Notes: generated from the sequence alone by a model not told the origin. 64,000 nt of DNA from Myxococcota bacterium (GCA_039028615.1 JBCCHT010000004.1:1-64000), one strand, 5' to 3'; shown: positions 18,225 to 29,647, numbered from the stretch's first letter. Numbers and translations are program-made.

Positions 18225-20330
18225 TCAGCAGCTACAGCTGGCGGCTCCGGCCGCGATGCCCACACACGCCGGGTCCCACTGCGTGTTGCAGCAGAACGGG
18301 TCGGTCGCGCAGACCTCGGCCGCACACTCGGAGCAACCGGGGTTGAGGGCCTCACCGGGCGTGCACTCGTCGTGCTCGCAGCTCACGTCGAAGCTCGCCC
18401 CCTGGGCGATCCACTGGATGATGAGCTGCAGGTCCGGGTCGTCGGAGCTGTTGAACGCGTTGACCGGGTGCGAGTCGGGCTCGTCGACCTTGTCGGTGAG
18501 CGGGTAGGTGACCAGCCGCGAGTTCAGCACGTCGTCGGTGCAGATCCGGACGGGGTTGTCCGGGTCGGGGCAGGTCGTGCCCGGGCCGACGAGGTTGTTG
18601 TAGACCTCCATCGCGGTGAGGTCCCAGTCGGCGTTGAAGCCCATGTTGACCGCGGTGGGCGGGCCCCCGGCGGTGTGACAGGCCACGCACGCGTGCTTCT
18701 GGAACAGCGGGTAGATGTCTTCCTCGAACTGCACGTCGGTGGGCGGCAGCGCGCCCTGGGAGATCCAGTCGATGATGACCTGCAGGGTCGGGTCGTCGAT
18801 GGACGGGAAGATGTCGATGGGATGCACGTCGGGCTCGCCCGGGGCATCGGTCAGCGGCCGCGTGACGAACAGCGACAGCTCGGGGTCGTTGGTGCACACG
18901 CGATGCGGGTCGTCGGGGTCGTTGCACACCGTGCCCGGCCCCACCATGTTCTCCCACACCTGGCGCGGGGTGAGGCTCCAGTCCGCCTCGAAGCCGTCGT
19001 GCACCGCCCCCGGAGGCCCACCCGCCGTGTGGCAGCCGATGCAGCCGTAGGTGGTGAACACGGGATAGATGTCGATGGCGAAGTCGCGGGGAATGGGGTC
19101 GTCGTTGCGGACCAGGTTCACCACGCCCACGTTGCCGCTGGAGGACAGCGTCACGAAGGCATCGTCGAAGCCGGTGGCTCGCACCGCGAGCTGCCCCTGG
19201 CCCAGGCCCTCGTCGTTGCGCACCCGGAACACCACGAAGCGACCGCTCTCGTTGGAGAAGGTCTCGTCGGTGCCCACGTAGGTGCCGCTGGCGGCGTCTT
19301 CTTCGAGGAAGCAGACCTGGGCCGGCTCGGTGTCGACGTCGAGCAGGTTGTCTTGGAAGTTCGCCCAGCCGTTGAGCTCGGCAGAGATGGCCGCGCGCGA
19401 GACGGTGGGCACGCCATCGCCGTTCTCGTCGACGAGCTGCCCGAAGATGGTCGAGCGCTGAATGAAGTAGGTGTTGACCGCCCCGACGCCGATGGCATCG
19501 TCGAGGGAGTCGAAGATGCCGCACTCGAAGGCGACCTGCGCCATCCAGTTATAGGGGACGACCTGGAGGTCGAGCGGCGTGGGCGACTGGTTCGGGACCG
19601 AGTACGTCTGCCGTGACGAGATCGCCGCGGGTACGAACACGGGGTCGTCCTGCGGCAGCAGCAGCTCGACGTCGAGCAGCGAGCCCGGAATCAGACCGGT
19701 GAGCGAGTAGGCGCCGTCGGCCTCGGTCGGGCCGAAGATCGGCAGATCCGACACGTTGGTCACGCGCACGGTGGCCTCGGCCATCGGCGTCTGGTCGATC
19801 TGCGAATAGTCGAACACCGTGCCGGTAATCTCGACCTCGTCGAGCAAGCACTGGCCCAGCTCGAGGAGGCAGACCTCGCTGACGCACTGCGCATTCTCGG
19901 TACAGGGCGCGCAGGCATTGTCGACACAGACCTGATTGTCGGGCGCACAGGCCGTCGCATCGGTGTCGGAGCAGGTCTCGCAGACCCCGGTGTTGGTGTC
20001 GCAGGCCGGCGCGGCGGGGTCGATCGCCGCACAGTCGATGCCCGTACAGTCGACGCAGGTGCCATCCGAGCAGTACGGCGTGCCGCTGGGGCATGCATCG
20101 TCCACCGCATTGTCGGCCGTGCACGCCGTGGTGCCGGTCCCCGCGGTCGTGTCGGCAGCGGTCAGCGTGCTCGCGGTGGGATCAGTCGTCGGGGTATCGG
20201 TGAGCACGCCGGTCCCCGTGCTCGCGTCAGTCTCTCCCTCGGGGACCGGTTCGGGGTTGAAGCAACCCGGCGCGAGTACCAGCGCACCGCCTACCGTGCC
20301 CAGACCAACAAGCCGTCGAATCAAGCGCAT
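18225..20330 (-). CDS. Lipoprotein with Cys-rich repeats, CarboxypepD_reg-like domain and two tandem c-type haem domains
   Basis: Lipobox APGC; CIGCH and CVACH in duplicated ~112-aa units (F..DIYP.F...C..CH...LQ.II.WI.QGA); Cys-rich C-terminus. Confidence 0.8.
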   Translation of the reverse strand: MRLIRRLVGLGTVGGALVLAPGCFNPEPVPEGETDASTGTGVLTDTPTTDPTASTLTAADTTAGTGTTACTADNAVDDACPSGTPYCSDGTCVDCTGIDCAAIDPAAPACDTNTGVCETCSDTDATACAPDNQVCVDNACAPCTENAQCVSEVCLLELGQCLLDEVEITGTVFDYSQIDQTPMAEATVRVTNVSDLPIFGPTEADGAYSLTGLIPGSLLDVELLLPQDDPVFVPAAISSRQTYSVPNQSPTPLDLQVVPYNWMAQVAFECGIFDSLDDAIGVGAVNTYFIQRSTIFGQLVDENGDGVPTVSRAAISAELNGWANFQDNLLDVDTEPAQVCFLEEDAASGTYVGTDETFSNESGRFVVFRVRNDEGLGQGQLAVRATGFDDAFVTLSSSGNVGVVNLVRNDDPIPRDFAIDIYPVFTTYGCIGCHTAGGPPGAVHDGFEADWSLTPRQVWENMVGPGTVCNDPDDPHRVCTNDPELSLFVTRPLTDAPGEPDVHPIDIFPSIDDPTLQVIIDWISQGALPPTDVQFEEDIYPLFQKHACVACHTAGGPPTAVNMGFNADWDLTAMEVYNNLVGPGTTCPDPDNPVRICTDDVLNSRLVTYPLTDKVDEPDSHPVNAFNSSDDPDLQLIIQWIAQGASFDVSCEHDECTPGEALNPGCSECAAEVCATDPFCCNTQWDPACVGIAAGAASCSC

Positions 20331-20506
20331 ACCGCCGTAGCGTAACCGATGGCGAGGCCGCCGCGGGCCCGCTTTTCGGTCCACGCACCGGTCGTGGAGA
20401 GCTGAGGGTGGGTAGCGCCAGTTCCAACGCGCACAGCACCCGACATGGGAATTCGCCCGTCCCGACGGTGCCCGCATCCGCGCAGGACGCGAGCCGTTGA
20501 AACATT

Positions 20507-20538
20507 GGCTTCGCGAGCGAAACGGCGCTCGCGAAGCC
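20507..20538 (-). terminator. Hairpin downstream of pmbA
   Basis: Perfect 13-bp stem ggcttcgcgagcg / cgctcgcgaagcc, 12 nt past the pmbA stop. Confidence 0.6.
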
Positions 20539-20550
20539 GGGAACGTCGAG

Positions 20551-21882
20551 CTAGGCGCCGCTGAACGTGACGTCCTCGAACACGAGGGTCGGACTGTGGA
20601 AAGTGCCGTAGGTCCAGGGATCGGCCCCCACTTTCCGCAGTTTGGAGAACAGCTCCGTGAGCTTGCCGGTCACGTTCATCTCTCCGACGGGGGCACCAAT
20701 CTTGCCGCCCTCGATGAGGTGACCTCGCAAACCCAACGAAAACTCGCCGCTGGTCGCGTCGGAGTTTCCGCCGAGCCACGAGGTGACGTAGATGCCCGTT
20801 CCCGCGTCGGCGACGAGGCTGTCGAGGTCCCCTGCCCCCGGCTTCACCACCAGGTTCGATGGGCTGCTCAGCGTCGGGGCGACCCCGAGCTTCCGTCCGT
20901 AGTAGGTGTCGATGAACATGGTCTGCAGCGCGCCGCCCTCGATGAGGGTGTGCGGGTGCGAGGCGATGCCCTCGCCGTCGAAGTGGCGCGATCCCATGGC
21001 CCGTGGCAACAACGGCTCGTCGGTGAGGGTCAGCGCCTTGGAGATCTTGGGCACGCCGAGCTGGTCGGCCCAGAACGACTGACCCTGCTGCACCGCCCGC
21101 CCGCTCGCGGGACGCAACAACGCGCCGACCAAGCGACCCGCCGACTGCCGGTCGACGACCATCGTGGTGGTGGTGGTGGGGCCCTTGGTGCTCCCCAGCC
21201 GCGAGCGAGCCCGTCGCAGGGCCTCTTCGCCGATCCACGTGGCGTCGAGCAAGTCGGTCTGATGCCGAGCCGAGGCCCCCATACCGCCCTCCGGCCGCCG
21301 ATCGCCCTCGCCCTGCAAGGTGACGTTGGCATAGGTCGCGACGAAGGTGGCCTCGTGCGAGCCGGCGAAGCCGTTGGAGCTGGCCTGGGCCGAGCCGTAG
21401 CGACCATCGACGACCGTGCTCGAGGCGGAGATGACCCCCTCCTTGCCGGCCATGCGGGAGTCCATGACCATGCTCAGGACCTTGCGATCCTCCTCGCCGA
21501 ACGACGCGAGGCTCTCGTCGACCGCTTGCAGGTCGAGCGTGGACTGTCCCTCGAACAACTTGGGATCAGGCAGTCGGCGATGCGGGTCCGGCTGAAGCGC
21601 TCGCGTGAGCGCAACCGCCTCGGTCATGAACTCGCGCAGCTGAACGTCGCGCAGGTCGCTGGTGCTGTGGCTGAAGTAGCGCCCCTCGACGTACAGCTGC
21701 ACCGACAGCCGCCGCGAGTGGCTGTGCTGCATGCGCTCGAGTTCGCCGTCGCGCACTTGGTACTGGGTGCTCCGCGAGGTGCTGGCCGAGGCCCAGGCCC
21801 CGTCGGCGCCCGCCTTGCGAGCCAGCTCGATGGCGGACTCGGCCCGCTCGAGCAACTCTGGACCTTGGGCTTTACGCGCCAT
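20551..21882 (-). CDS. pmbA: PmbA/TldE family protein
   Basis: SRHFDGEGIA, GGNSDATSGEFSLG, PVGEMNVTG, SPTLVFEDVTFSG; no HEXXXH; overlaps the tldD stop. Confidence 0.9.
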   Translation of the reverse strand: MARKAQGPELLERAESAIELARKAGADGAWASASTSRSTQYQVRDGELERMQHSHSRRLSVQLYVEGRYFSHSTSDLRDVQLREFMTEAVALTRALQPDPHRRLPDPKLFEGQSTLDLQAVDESLASFGEEDRKVLSMVMDSRMAGKEGVISASSTVVDGRYGSAQASSNGFAGSHEATFVATYANVTLQGEGDRRPEGGMGASARHQTDLLDATWIGEEALRRARSRLGSTKGPTTTTTMVVDRQSAGRLVGALLRPASGRAVQQGQSFWADQLGVPKISKALTLTDEPLLPRAMGSRHFDGEGIASHPHTLIEGGALQTMFIDTYYGRKLGVAPTLSSPSNLVVKPGAGDLDSLVADAGTGIYVTSWLGGNSDATSGEFSLGLRGHLIEGGKIGAPVGEMNVTGKLTELFSKLRKVGADPWTYGTFHSPTLVFEDVTFSGA

Positions 21883-23431
21883 CGCGAGTACCTCCGACCG
21901 TCATCTTGGAGACCAGCACGGTGGGCAGCCCCTGCGAGACGGGCACGCCCTGTCCATCCTTGCCGCAGGTCCAGCCTCCGGTATCGAGCTGGCTGTCGTT
22001 GGCGGCCATGCTGACGTTGCGCAGCGCATCCGGGCCGTTGCCGATGATGTTGCAGTCGCGGATGGGCGCGGTGACCTTGCCGCCTTCGATGAGCCAGCCG
22101 TTCTTGATGTAGAAGGTGAAGTCGCCCGCGCCGATCTGCACCTGACCGTTGGTGAAGGTCTCGGCAATGATCCCGCGGTCGACCGAGGCGATGATCTCGT
22201 CGCGGGTATGAGGCCCGTCGAGCATGGTGGTGCAGCGCATGCGCGGCAGCGGCACGTGGCGGAAGGACTGGCGACGCCCCGAGCCCGTGCTGCGCTCCAT
22301 GCCGTAGTGCTTGGCGCTGATGCGGTCGTGCAGGTAGCTGGCCAGCACGCCCTTGTCGACCAGCACGGTGCGCTCGGTGGGCATGCCCTCGTCGTCGAAG
22401 TTCAGGGCGCCACGCTCGTTGGGCAGCGTGCCATCGTCGACGATGGTGACGAAGTCGGGCGCGACCTTCTTGCCGACCATATCGGCATAGATGCTGGTGT
22501 TCTTGCGGTTGAAGTCGGCCTCCATGCCGTGACCGATGGCCTCGTGCAGCAAGATGCCGCTGGCCCCGGCCGCCAGCACCACGGGCAGCTCGCCCGCGGG
22601 GGGCTGCCGCGCATCGAAGAGCACCAAGGTGCGATCGACGGCCTCCTTGGCCACCGTCTGTAGGCGCTCCTCGGTGTACCACTCGACGCCCTGACGAGCG
22701 GCGAGGTTGGAGCTGCCGGTCTGGGTCACGCCCTTGCGCTGGGCGGTGGTCATCACGTTCAGCCGCGTCATCGGGCGGCGGTCGACCACGATGCGCCCGG
22801 TGAGGTCGGCGATGACGACTCGCTCGTCACCGTCGCTCCAGCTGACGTTGACCTTGTCGATGGACGGGTCGCCCGCTCGCGCCAGCTCGGCCGCGCGACG
22901 GATGATGGGCAGCTTGCGATCGACCTCGACGTCGCTCCACGGCACCTCGAGCTCATAGAAGGCGCCGGGCGTGGCGGCGATGAACGAGCCCGGCACCGCG
23001 GCCGCGTTGCCCTGCGCGATGGCGGCCGCGCTGCGGGCCGCCTCGAGCATCGCCTCGTCGCTGAGGTCCTCGCTATACGCATAGCCGACCTGGTCGCCCA
23101 CGATGACGCGCAGGCCGACCCCGAGATCGACGTTGGCGCGGGCGCTGCTGATGAGCCCGTCTTCCATCGAGATCGAGTTGCTTCGCGAGTGCTGGAAATA
23201 GAGTTCCGCGTGGTCGGCCCCGCGAGCCGTCAGCTCGCCCATGACCCGAGCGATGCGAGCCTCGTCGATCGAGAACCACTCGAGAAAGGGGTTGGCGGGA
23301 CTCGCCGCATGAGCGGGCGCGACCGTGGCTTGCTTGGCCTGACGGCTGCCGCACCCGACCAAGAAGGCCGGGGCCGACAGCATCGCCGTGCCGGTTTGCA
23401 TGAATCGTCGACGGGAGTATGGGGAGCGCAT
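21872..23431 (-). CDS. tldD: TldD metalloprotease with twin-arginine lipoprotein signal
   Basis: GILLHEAIGHGMEADFNRK, NFDDEG, PRM, CGKDGQGVPVSQGLPT; N-terminal SRRRFMQ...FLVGC. Confidence 0.92.
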   Translation of the reverse strand: MRSPYSRRRFMQTGTAMLSAPAFLVGCGSRQAKQATVAPAHAASPANPFLEWFSIDEARIARVMGELTARGADHAELYFQHSRSNSISMEDGLISSARANVDLGVGLRVIVGDQVGYAYSEDLSDEAMLEAARSAAAIAQGNAAAVPGSFIAATPGAFYELEVPWSDVEVDRKLPIIRRAAELARAGDPSIDKVNVSWSDGDERVVIADLTGRIVVDRRPMTRLNVMTTAQRKGVTQTGSSNLAARQGVEWYTEERLQTVAKEAVDRTLVLFDARQPPAGELPVVLAAGASGILLHEAIGHGMEADFNRKNTSIYADMVGKKVAPDFVTIVDDGTLPNERGALNFDDEGMPTERTVLVDKGVLASYLHDRISAKHYGMERSTGSGRRQSFRHVPLPRMRCTTMLDGPHTRDEIIASVDRGIIAETFTNGQVQIGAGDFTFYIKNGWLIEGGKVTAPIRDCNIIGNGPDALRNVSMAANDSQLDTGGWTCGKDGQGVPVSQGLPTVLVSKMTVGGTRDGA

Positions 23432-23641
23432 GACGGCGTTTCCTGGGGATTTTCGCGTGCACGGTAGCAGCAGTGCCGCTGAAGTCTCCGCGATTTTTCA
23501 CGCGCGCGTCGTAGAAACTTATGCGCCTTCACCCGGGTCGAAGGCCCCCCGAGCTCGGGGCATTCGTTCGTTTCGGATTTCCTCGTCGGCGATGTCGATT
23601 TGCTCTGCCCTCATCCGTCGCAGAGGCAGGAGTACTCACCC

Positions 23642-24268
23642 ATGGCCGACATCATCATTCATGGTCCCCCGCCGAGCAGCTACTTGCGCAGTGTGCAAAT
23701 GACCTGCGTCGAGAAGGGAGTGAGCTTCGAGCTTCGTCCCGTCGAGTTCGGCAGCGACGCCCACCTCGCCCTCCACCCCTTCGGTAAAGTGCCGATCCTC
23801 GAGCACGGCGACGTCCGGCTCTACGAAACTCAGGCCATCCTGCGCTACCTCGATGGCCGCTTCGGCGGGCCCTCGCTCGTGCCCCCAGACCCTGCCGCCG
23901 CAGCGCGAATGGATCAGTGGGTAAGCGTCCACAACTGTTATGCCTACCAGCACCTCGTGATCGACTACGCGTTCCAGTACATCCGGCCACGTGGAGCCGA
24001 TGGGAACCCAGACCGGGCCGGGGTCGAAGCCGCCCTCCCCGCCTTGCACCACGACCTCGGGCTCTTCGACGCGGCCCTCGCCGACAACGAGTGGCTCGCT
24101 GGTTCGTTCAGCCTCGCCGACCTCATCGTCGCCCCCGCCGTCACCACCGCCGCGATGTTCCCGGAGGGCGGGCAGGCGATCGACCGCATGGCGAACCTGC
24201 GTCGCTGGCTGACGGCCCTGGAATCGCGCGACAGCAGCCGGCATCTACACGTGCCTCGCCCGGGCTGA
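23642..24268 (+). CDS. Glutathione S-transferase
   Basis: HLALHPFGKVPIL.HGD..LYETQAILRYLD, WLAG.FSLADL; AGGAG RBS. Confidence 0.9.
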   Translation: MADIIIHGPPPSSYLRSVQMTCVEKGVSFELRPVEFGSDAHLALHPFGKVPILEHGDVRLYETQAILRYLDGRFGGPSLVPPDPAAAARMDQWVSVHNCYAYQHLVIDYAFQYIRPRGADGNPDRAGVEAALPALHHDLGLFDAALADNEWLAGSFSLADLIVAPAVTTAAMFPEGGQAIDRMANLRRWLTALESRDSSRHLHVPRPG

Positions 24269-24287
24269 GGCTCACCCTTTTCACGCC

Positions 24288-24318
24288 CGACCACGCGCCA
24301 CCCCGCGGCGCGTGGTCG
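24288..24318 (+). terminator. GC hairpin after GST
   Basis: Perfect 12-bp stem cgaccacgcgcc / ggcgcgtggtcg; no clear U-tract. Confidence 0.45.
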
Positions 24319-24491
24319 TAGCCGGCCTGCAAAAAACCGCAGTCCGGCTGCGGCAATTGCCGCACGATGCCGACCTCCGCAGGTCGATTTCTGCACGGCC
24401 TTCGACGTTCGTTGCATCGTCGTCATGACTTGATTGGAGATTTCGATCGACGGGTCGGCGGCACAAACGCTGCACAGGGGGGCATCGTCTA

Positions 24492-25523
24492 ATGACCGCC
24501 CACCCACTGTCCTCTCTACACCTGCCCGCCACGTTGTCCGCATTGCTCCTGTCGTGCCTCGCCTCGGCATGTCACGACACTGCAACGAGTGATGATTCGG
24601 CCGACGGCGCCTCTTTGACGTCCGAGACCGAAGACGGAGCCACCGAAGGCTCCGCTGAATCCGACACCGACGACTCGGCCAGCAACCCCGACTCCGCGTC
24701 GGGGGACGATTCCAACGACGACGCCGATGACGGCACGGCCGACGAGACGGGAGACGACGGCTCCGACTCCGACACCGACCCCGGCAACCCCTTCGACGAC
24801 GACTACGAGCCCGGCACCTGCTTCGCCGACCTGTTCGTGGCCCCGCCCCCGCACCCCGCCAACGGAGCCTATCCCGCCCCGGAGCTGACGGCGATGTGCA
24901 CCGAGGACCGCCTCATCGTGCAGAGCAACGGGATCCCCGGCTACGAGTTCCAGCCGATCACGCCCAACGATCTGCAGGCCTCGGACTTCCAATTCCAAGC
25001 GCCGCGCAACCCCACCGAGGCGGGCCAGCCCACCACCATTCCGTTGCTCGGCACCGTGGCCTTCGCCATCAACGGCATGCCGATCTTCGGCCCCAACGAG
25101 GCCGAGTTCCCCGACCCCTACGGCGACCCGATCTTCAACGGCATCATGGACTTCTGCCTCGGTCACACGGCCATGGGCGGTCGCTACCACTACCACGGGC
25201 TGTTGGTGGAGTGCCTCATCGGTGACGTCCCGGTGGGCGAGCCCTCGCCGATCATCGGCTTCGCTCTCGACGGCTATCCGATCTACGGACCGGTCGGTTG
25301 CCTCGACAACGATTGCAACGAGGTCATGCGACTGCAAAGCGGCTGGGTGCAGACCGGCAATCCCACGACCTACGCCTGGGACAACCACGAGTACATGCCC
25401 AGCGACGATCCGACCGTGCTCGACGAGTGCAACGGTCGCGTCGGGCCGGACGGGAACTACCGGTATCACGCCACCGAGACCTTCCCCTACGTGCTCGGCT
25501 GCTATCGCGGCCAGCCGCTGTAG
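24492..25523 (+). CDS. YHYH-domain lipoprotein
   Basis: Lipobox LASAC; acidic linker; SNGIP, AINGMPIFGP, GRYHYHG, IIGFALDGYPIYGP, LDECNG...YRYHAT..FPY. Confidence 0.88.
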   Translation: MTAHPLSSLHLPATLSALLLSCLASACHDTATSDDSADGASLTSETEDGATEGSAESDTDDSASNPDSASGDDSNDDADDGTADETGDDGSDSDTDPGNPFDDDYEPGTCFADLFVAPPPHPANGAYPAPELTAMCTEDRLIVQSNGIPGYEFQPITPNDLQASDFQFQAPRNPTEAGQPTTIPLLGTVAFAINGMPIFGPNEAEFPDPYGDPIFNGIMDFCLGHTAMGGRYHYHGLLVECLIGDVPVGEPSPIIGFALDGYPIYGPVGCLDNDCNEVMRLQSGWVQTGNPTTYAWDNHEYMPSDDPTVLDECNGRVGPDGNYRYHATETFPYVLGCYRGQPL

Positions 25524-25542
25524 CCGGGCGAGGCCCCGACAA

Positions 25543-25582
25543 AAAAGGAGCGGTGTCCGACTCAGCCGGCACCGCTCCTTTT
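25543..25582. terminator. Bidirectional intrinsic terminator
   Basis: aaaaggagcggtg...caccgctcctttt between the convergent YHYH gene and pgm. Confidence 0.85.
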
Positions 25583-25615
25583 CGCGTTCGAGTCGACGGA
25601 CGCGTGACCGACCGC

Positions 25616-27265
<1,650 letters not shown>

Positions 27266-27445
27266 GCCCGCAGTAGACCGCCTCGGAGCCCCTCGCTCAA
27301 GCGGGACCGGAAACGGGGCGTGCGGGGCGGCTCACACCCCGCTCGCCGCCCATTCGCGCGTGGCCGAGCGAGGCCGACCACGCGGGTGCAATCCCGCCCG
27401 TGACGCCCGAACGCGGTTGCGGAACAGCCCGAGCCACGGCCGGAC

Positions 27446-28270
27446 TCAGCGAGCCTCCAGTGCCGCCAATCGTCGTTCGAGCTGCTCGATCGTGGTGCGC
27501 AGCGCAGCGTTGTCGGCCTCGGCCGCGACCACGCGTCCGTGCAGCGCCTTGATCGACGCCAGCGACACGCCGTCGGCATCGATCACGAAGATCGACTCGT
27601 CGGTGGCTCCGACCTCGAAGCTGGCCATGAAGTCCTGCGCCATGGGCCCGATGTGTCGGATCGAGGGATCTTCGTGGCGGTAGCTCCACGTGGTGATGGG
27701 GAGCGCGGCCACCTTGTCGAGCACCTCGTCGACGTCGATCGCTGCGAACTCGCGCTTGCGTCGGTAGTCGCTGATGGGGCACATCGAGCCGCAGAACTCG
27801 GACCCCGGCGGCACGGGCACACCCGCGCAGCAGTCCAAGCCCGGGCAGCAGCTCTCGCCCGCCGCACAGCTGCCCCCCATGGGCTGGCAGATCGGTCCGC
27901 CGTCGGAGCTCGAGCTGTCCCCCGAGCTCTCGCCGTCGCCCGTGCTCGTCGACTCGTCCGAGCTCGAGCCGTCGGAGCCCGAGGACCCCGAAGAGCTCGT
28001 GCCCATGGCCCCCGTGCTGCCGTCGGTGCCCGCCGAGCTGGAGGTGCTGGCGGGGGGAACCTCGCCCGTGCCCGACGTGCCTCCCGCCGATGCGGCCGTG
28101 GTGTCGCCCGGACTCGTGGTCGCGGCGGCGGTCACCGCTCCCGACGAGCTCGCCGCCCCGCTACTGCTCGTGGGTGCGCTTCCCGTGCCCGCGATCCCGT
28201 CGTCCGAGCACGCGCCGAGCGGCAGAGCCAGCGCCGTAATTCCAATCCATCGAATCCATGTGTTCATCAT
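27446..28270 (-). CDS. Lipoprotein with Ser/Thr stalk, Cys-rich motif and C-terminal peptidase S74 intramolecular chaperone domain
   Basis: Lipobox LGAC; SDYRRK...W.Y......HIGPMAQDF...C-terminal coiled coil. Confidence 0.82.
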   Translation of the reverse strand: MMNTWIRWIGITALALPLGACSDDGIAGTGSAPTSSSGAASSSGAVTAAATTSPGDTTAASAGGTSGTGEVPPASTSSSAGTDGSTGAMGTSSSGSSGSDGSSSDESTSTGDGESSGDSSSSDGGPICQPMGGSCAAGESCCPGLDCCAGVPVPPGSEFCGSMCPISDYRRKREFAAIDVDEVLDKVAALPITTWSYRHEDPSIRHIGPMAQDFMASFEVGATDESIFVIDADGVSLASIKALHGRVVAAEADNAALRTTIEQLERRLAALEAR

Positions 28271-28361
28271 CGTTTCCCGCACCGAGCATACCAACCGCGC
28301 CCTTGGCCCCGCCGGCCCGCATGCTAGGTTGTCGGGCGCCGCATTTTCGCTCCGCCTCTCG

Positions 28362-29606
28362 ATGGACACACCGAACTACGCCGCCTTCGTGCTGCCGATT
28401 TTTGCGGCGGCAATCCTCGCCGAGGTCCTCGTCGCCCGCCGTCGGGGCCGGCTCACCGAGCTTTACTCGCTGGGCACGAGCATTTCCGACATCGGGTGTG
28501 GCGCGGTCTTCCAGGCCCTCGAGGTCCTTCTCACCCTCGCCACCCTGGGCGTCTACGCGTGGATGGTCGAGCACCTGTCGCTGGTCACCTGGGCCGAGTC
28601 CAGCCCCTGGCCGTGGCTCATCGGCTTCGTCGCCGTCGACTTCCTCTACTACTGGTGGCACCGGGCCAGCCACGTGGTCAACGTGCTGTGGGCAGTGCAC
28701 GGCGTGCATCACCAGAGCGAGGACTACAACCTCGCCGTCGCCCTGCGACAGCCCATCGCCGAGCCGATCACCTGGTTTTTCTTCTACTGGGTGCTGGCCT
28801 TCATCGGCATCCCACCGCTGGTCTTCGTGGTCTGCTACGGCGCCAACCTGTTCTATCAGTTTTGGATCCACACCGAGCTGGTGGGCAAGCTCCCCGCCCC
28901 CATCGAGGCGGTCCTCAACACGCCGTCGCACCACCGGGTGCACCACGGCATCGAAGAGCAGTATCTCGATCGCAACTACGGCGGCGTGTTCGTGATCTGG
29001 GATCGCCTGTTCGGCAGCTTCGAGCCCGAAGCCAAGCGCCCCACCTACGGCACCACCATTCCGCTGCGCAGCTACGACCCGCTGTGGGCCAACGCTCAAC
29101 ACCTTCATCGCACCTGGCGGCTGTGCAAGGCGGCCACCCGTTGGTCGGACAAGCTGTGGGCCTGGGTGGCGCACCCCGCTTGGCTTCCGCACGGTGTCGA
29201 CGACCCGGACGCAAAGCCCGATCGCCGCGCGTACGAGAAATATCGACCAGCGGTCACCGCCCCGACCGCGCGCTACATCTTCGCCACGCTCGGGCTCGTC
29301 GCATTGGTGGCCACGCCCTTCGTGTTCGTGGGGCACTCCCTGCCTCTCGCTCAGATCTTGGCCGGCGCGGGGGTGCTGGTGCTGTGCTACGTGGTGCTCG
29401 GCGGGCTCACGGAGGCCAAGGCCTGGGCGCTGTCGCTCGATTGGGCTCGCATCGCCGGCCTCGCCGCGTTCGGCGGGTGGATCGGGCACGACTTGCTGAG
29501 CCCCACCCACGGGCTGGCGATCGCGATCGGTCTGGCCGTGCTGTCACTGGCCAACCGCCTGCTCTTCGCACCGTCGATCGTGCCCGAGCAATTGACCAAC
29601 AGTTGA
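28362..29606 (+). CDS. Sterol desaturase / fatty acid hydroxylase family (alkylglycerol monooxygenase-like)
   Basis: His boxes YYWWHRASH, HGVHHQSEDYNL, QFWIHTE, TPSHHRVHH, DRNYGG..IWDRLFGSF. Confidence 0.9.
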   Translation: MDTPNYAAFVLPIFAAAILAEVLVARRRGRLTELYSLGTSISDIGCGAVFQALEVLLTLATLGVYAWMVEHLSLVTWAESSPWPWLIGFVAVDFLYYWWHRASHVVNVLWAVHGVHHQSEDYNLAVALRQPIAEPITWFFFYWVLAFIGIPPLVFVVCYGANLFYQFWIHTELVGKLPAPIEAVLNTPSHHRVHHGIEEQYLDRNYGGVFVIWDRLFGSFEPEAKRPTYGTTIPLRSYDPLWANAQHLHRTWRLCKAATRWSDKLWAWVAHPAWLPHGVDDPDAKPDRRAYEKYRPAVTAPTARYIFATLGLVALVATPFVFVGHSLPLAQILAGAGVLVLCYVVLGGLTEAKAWALSLDWARIAGLAAFGGWIGHDLLSPTHGLAIAIGLAVLSLANRLLFAPSIVPEQLTNS

Positions 29607-29647
29607 CGCCGGCCGCGATCGACGACGCCACCGACGATCGACGCGCT

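Noticed and set aside
27774..28361. Pro/Glu-rich N-terminal extension of the desaturase ORF
   Set aside because: Antisense to the S74 lipoprotein; the desaturase plausibly starts at 28362
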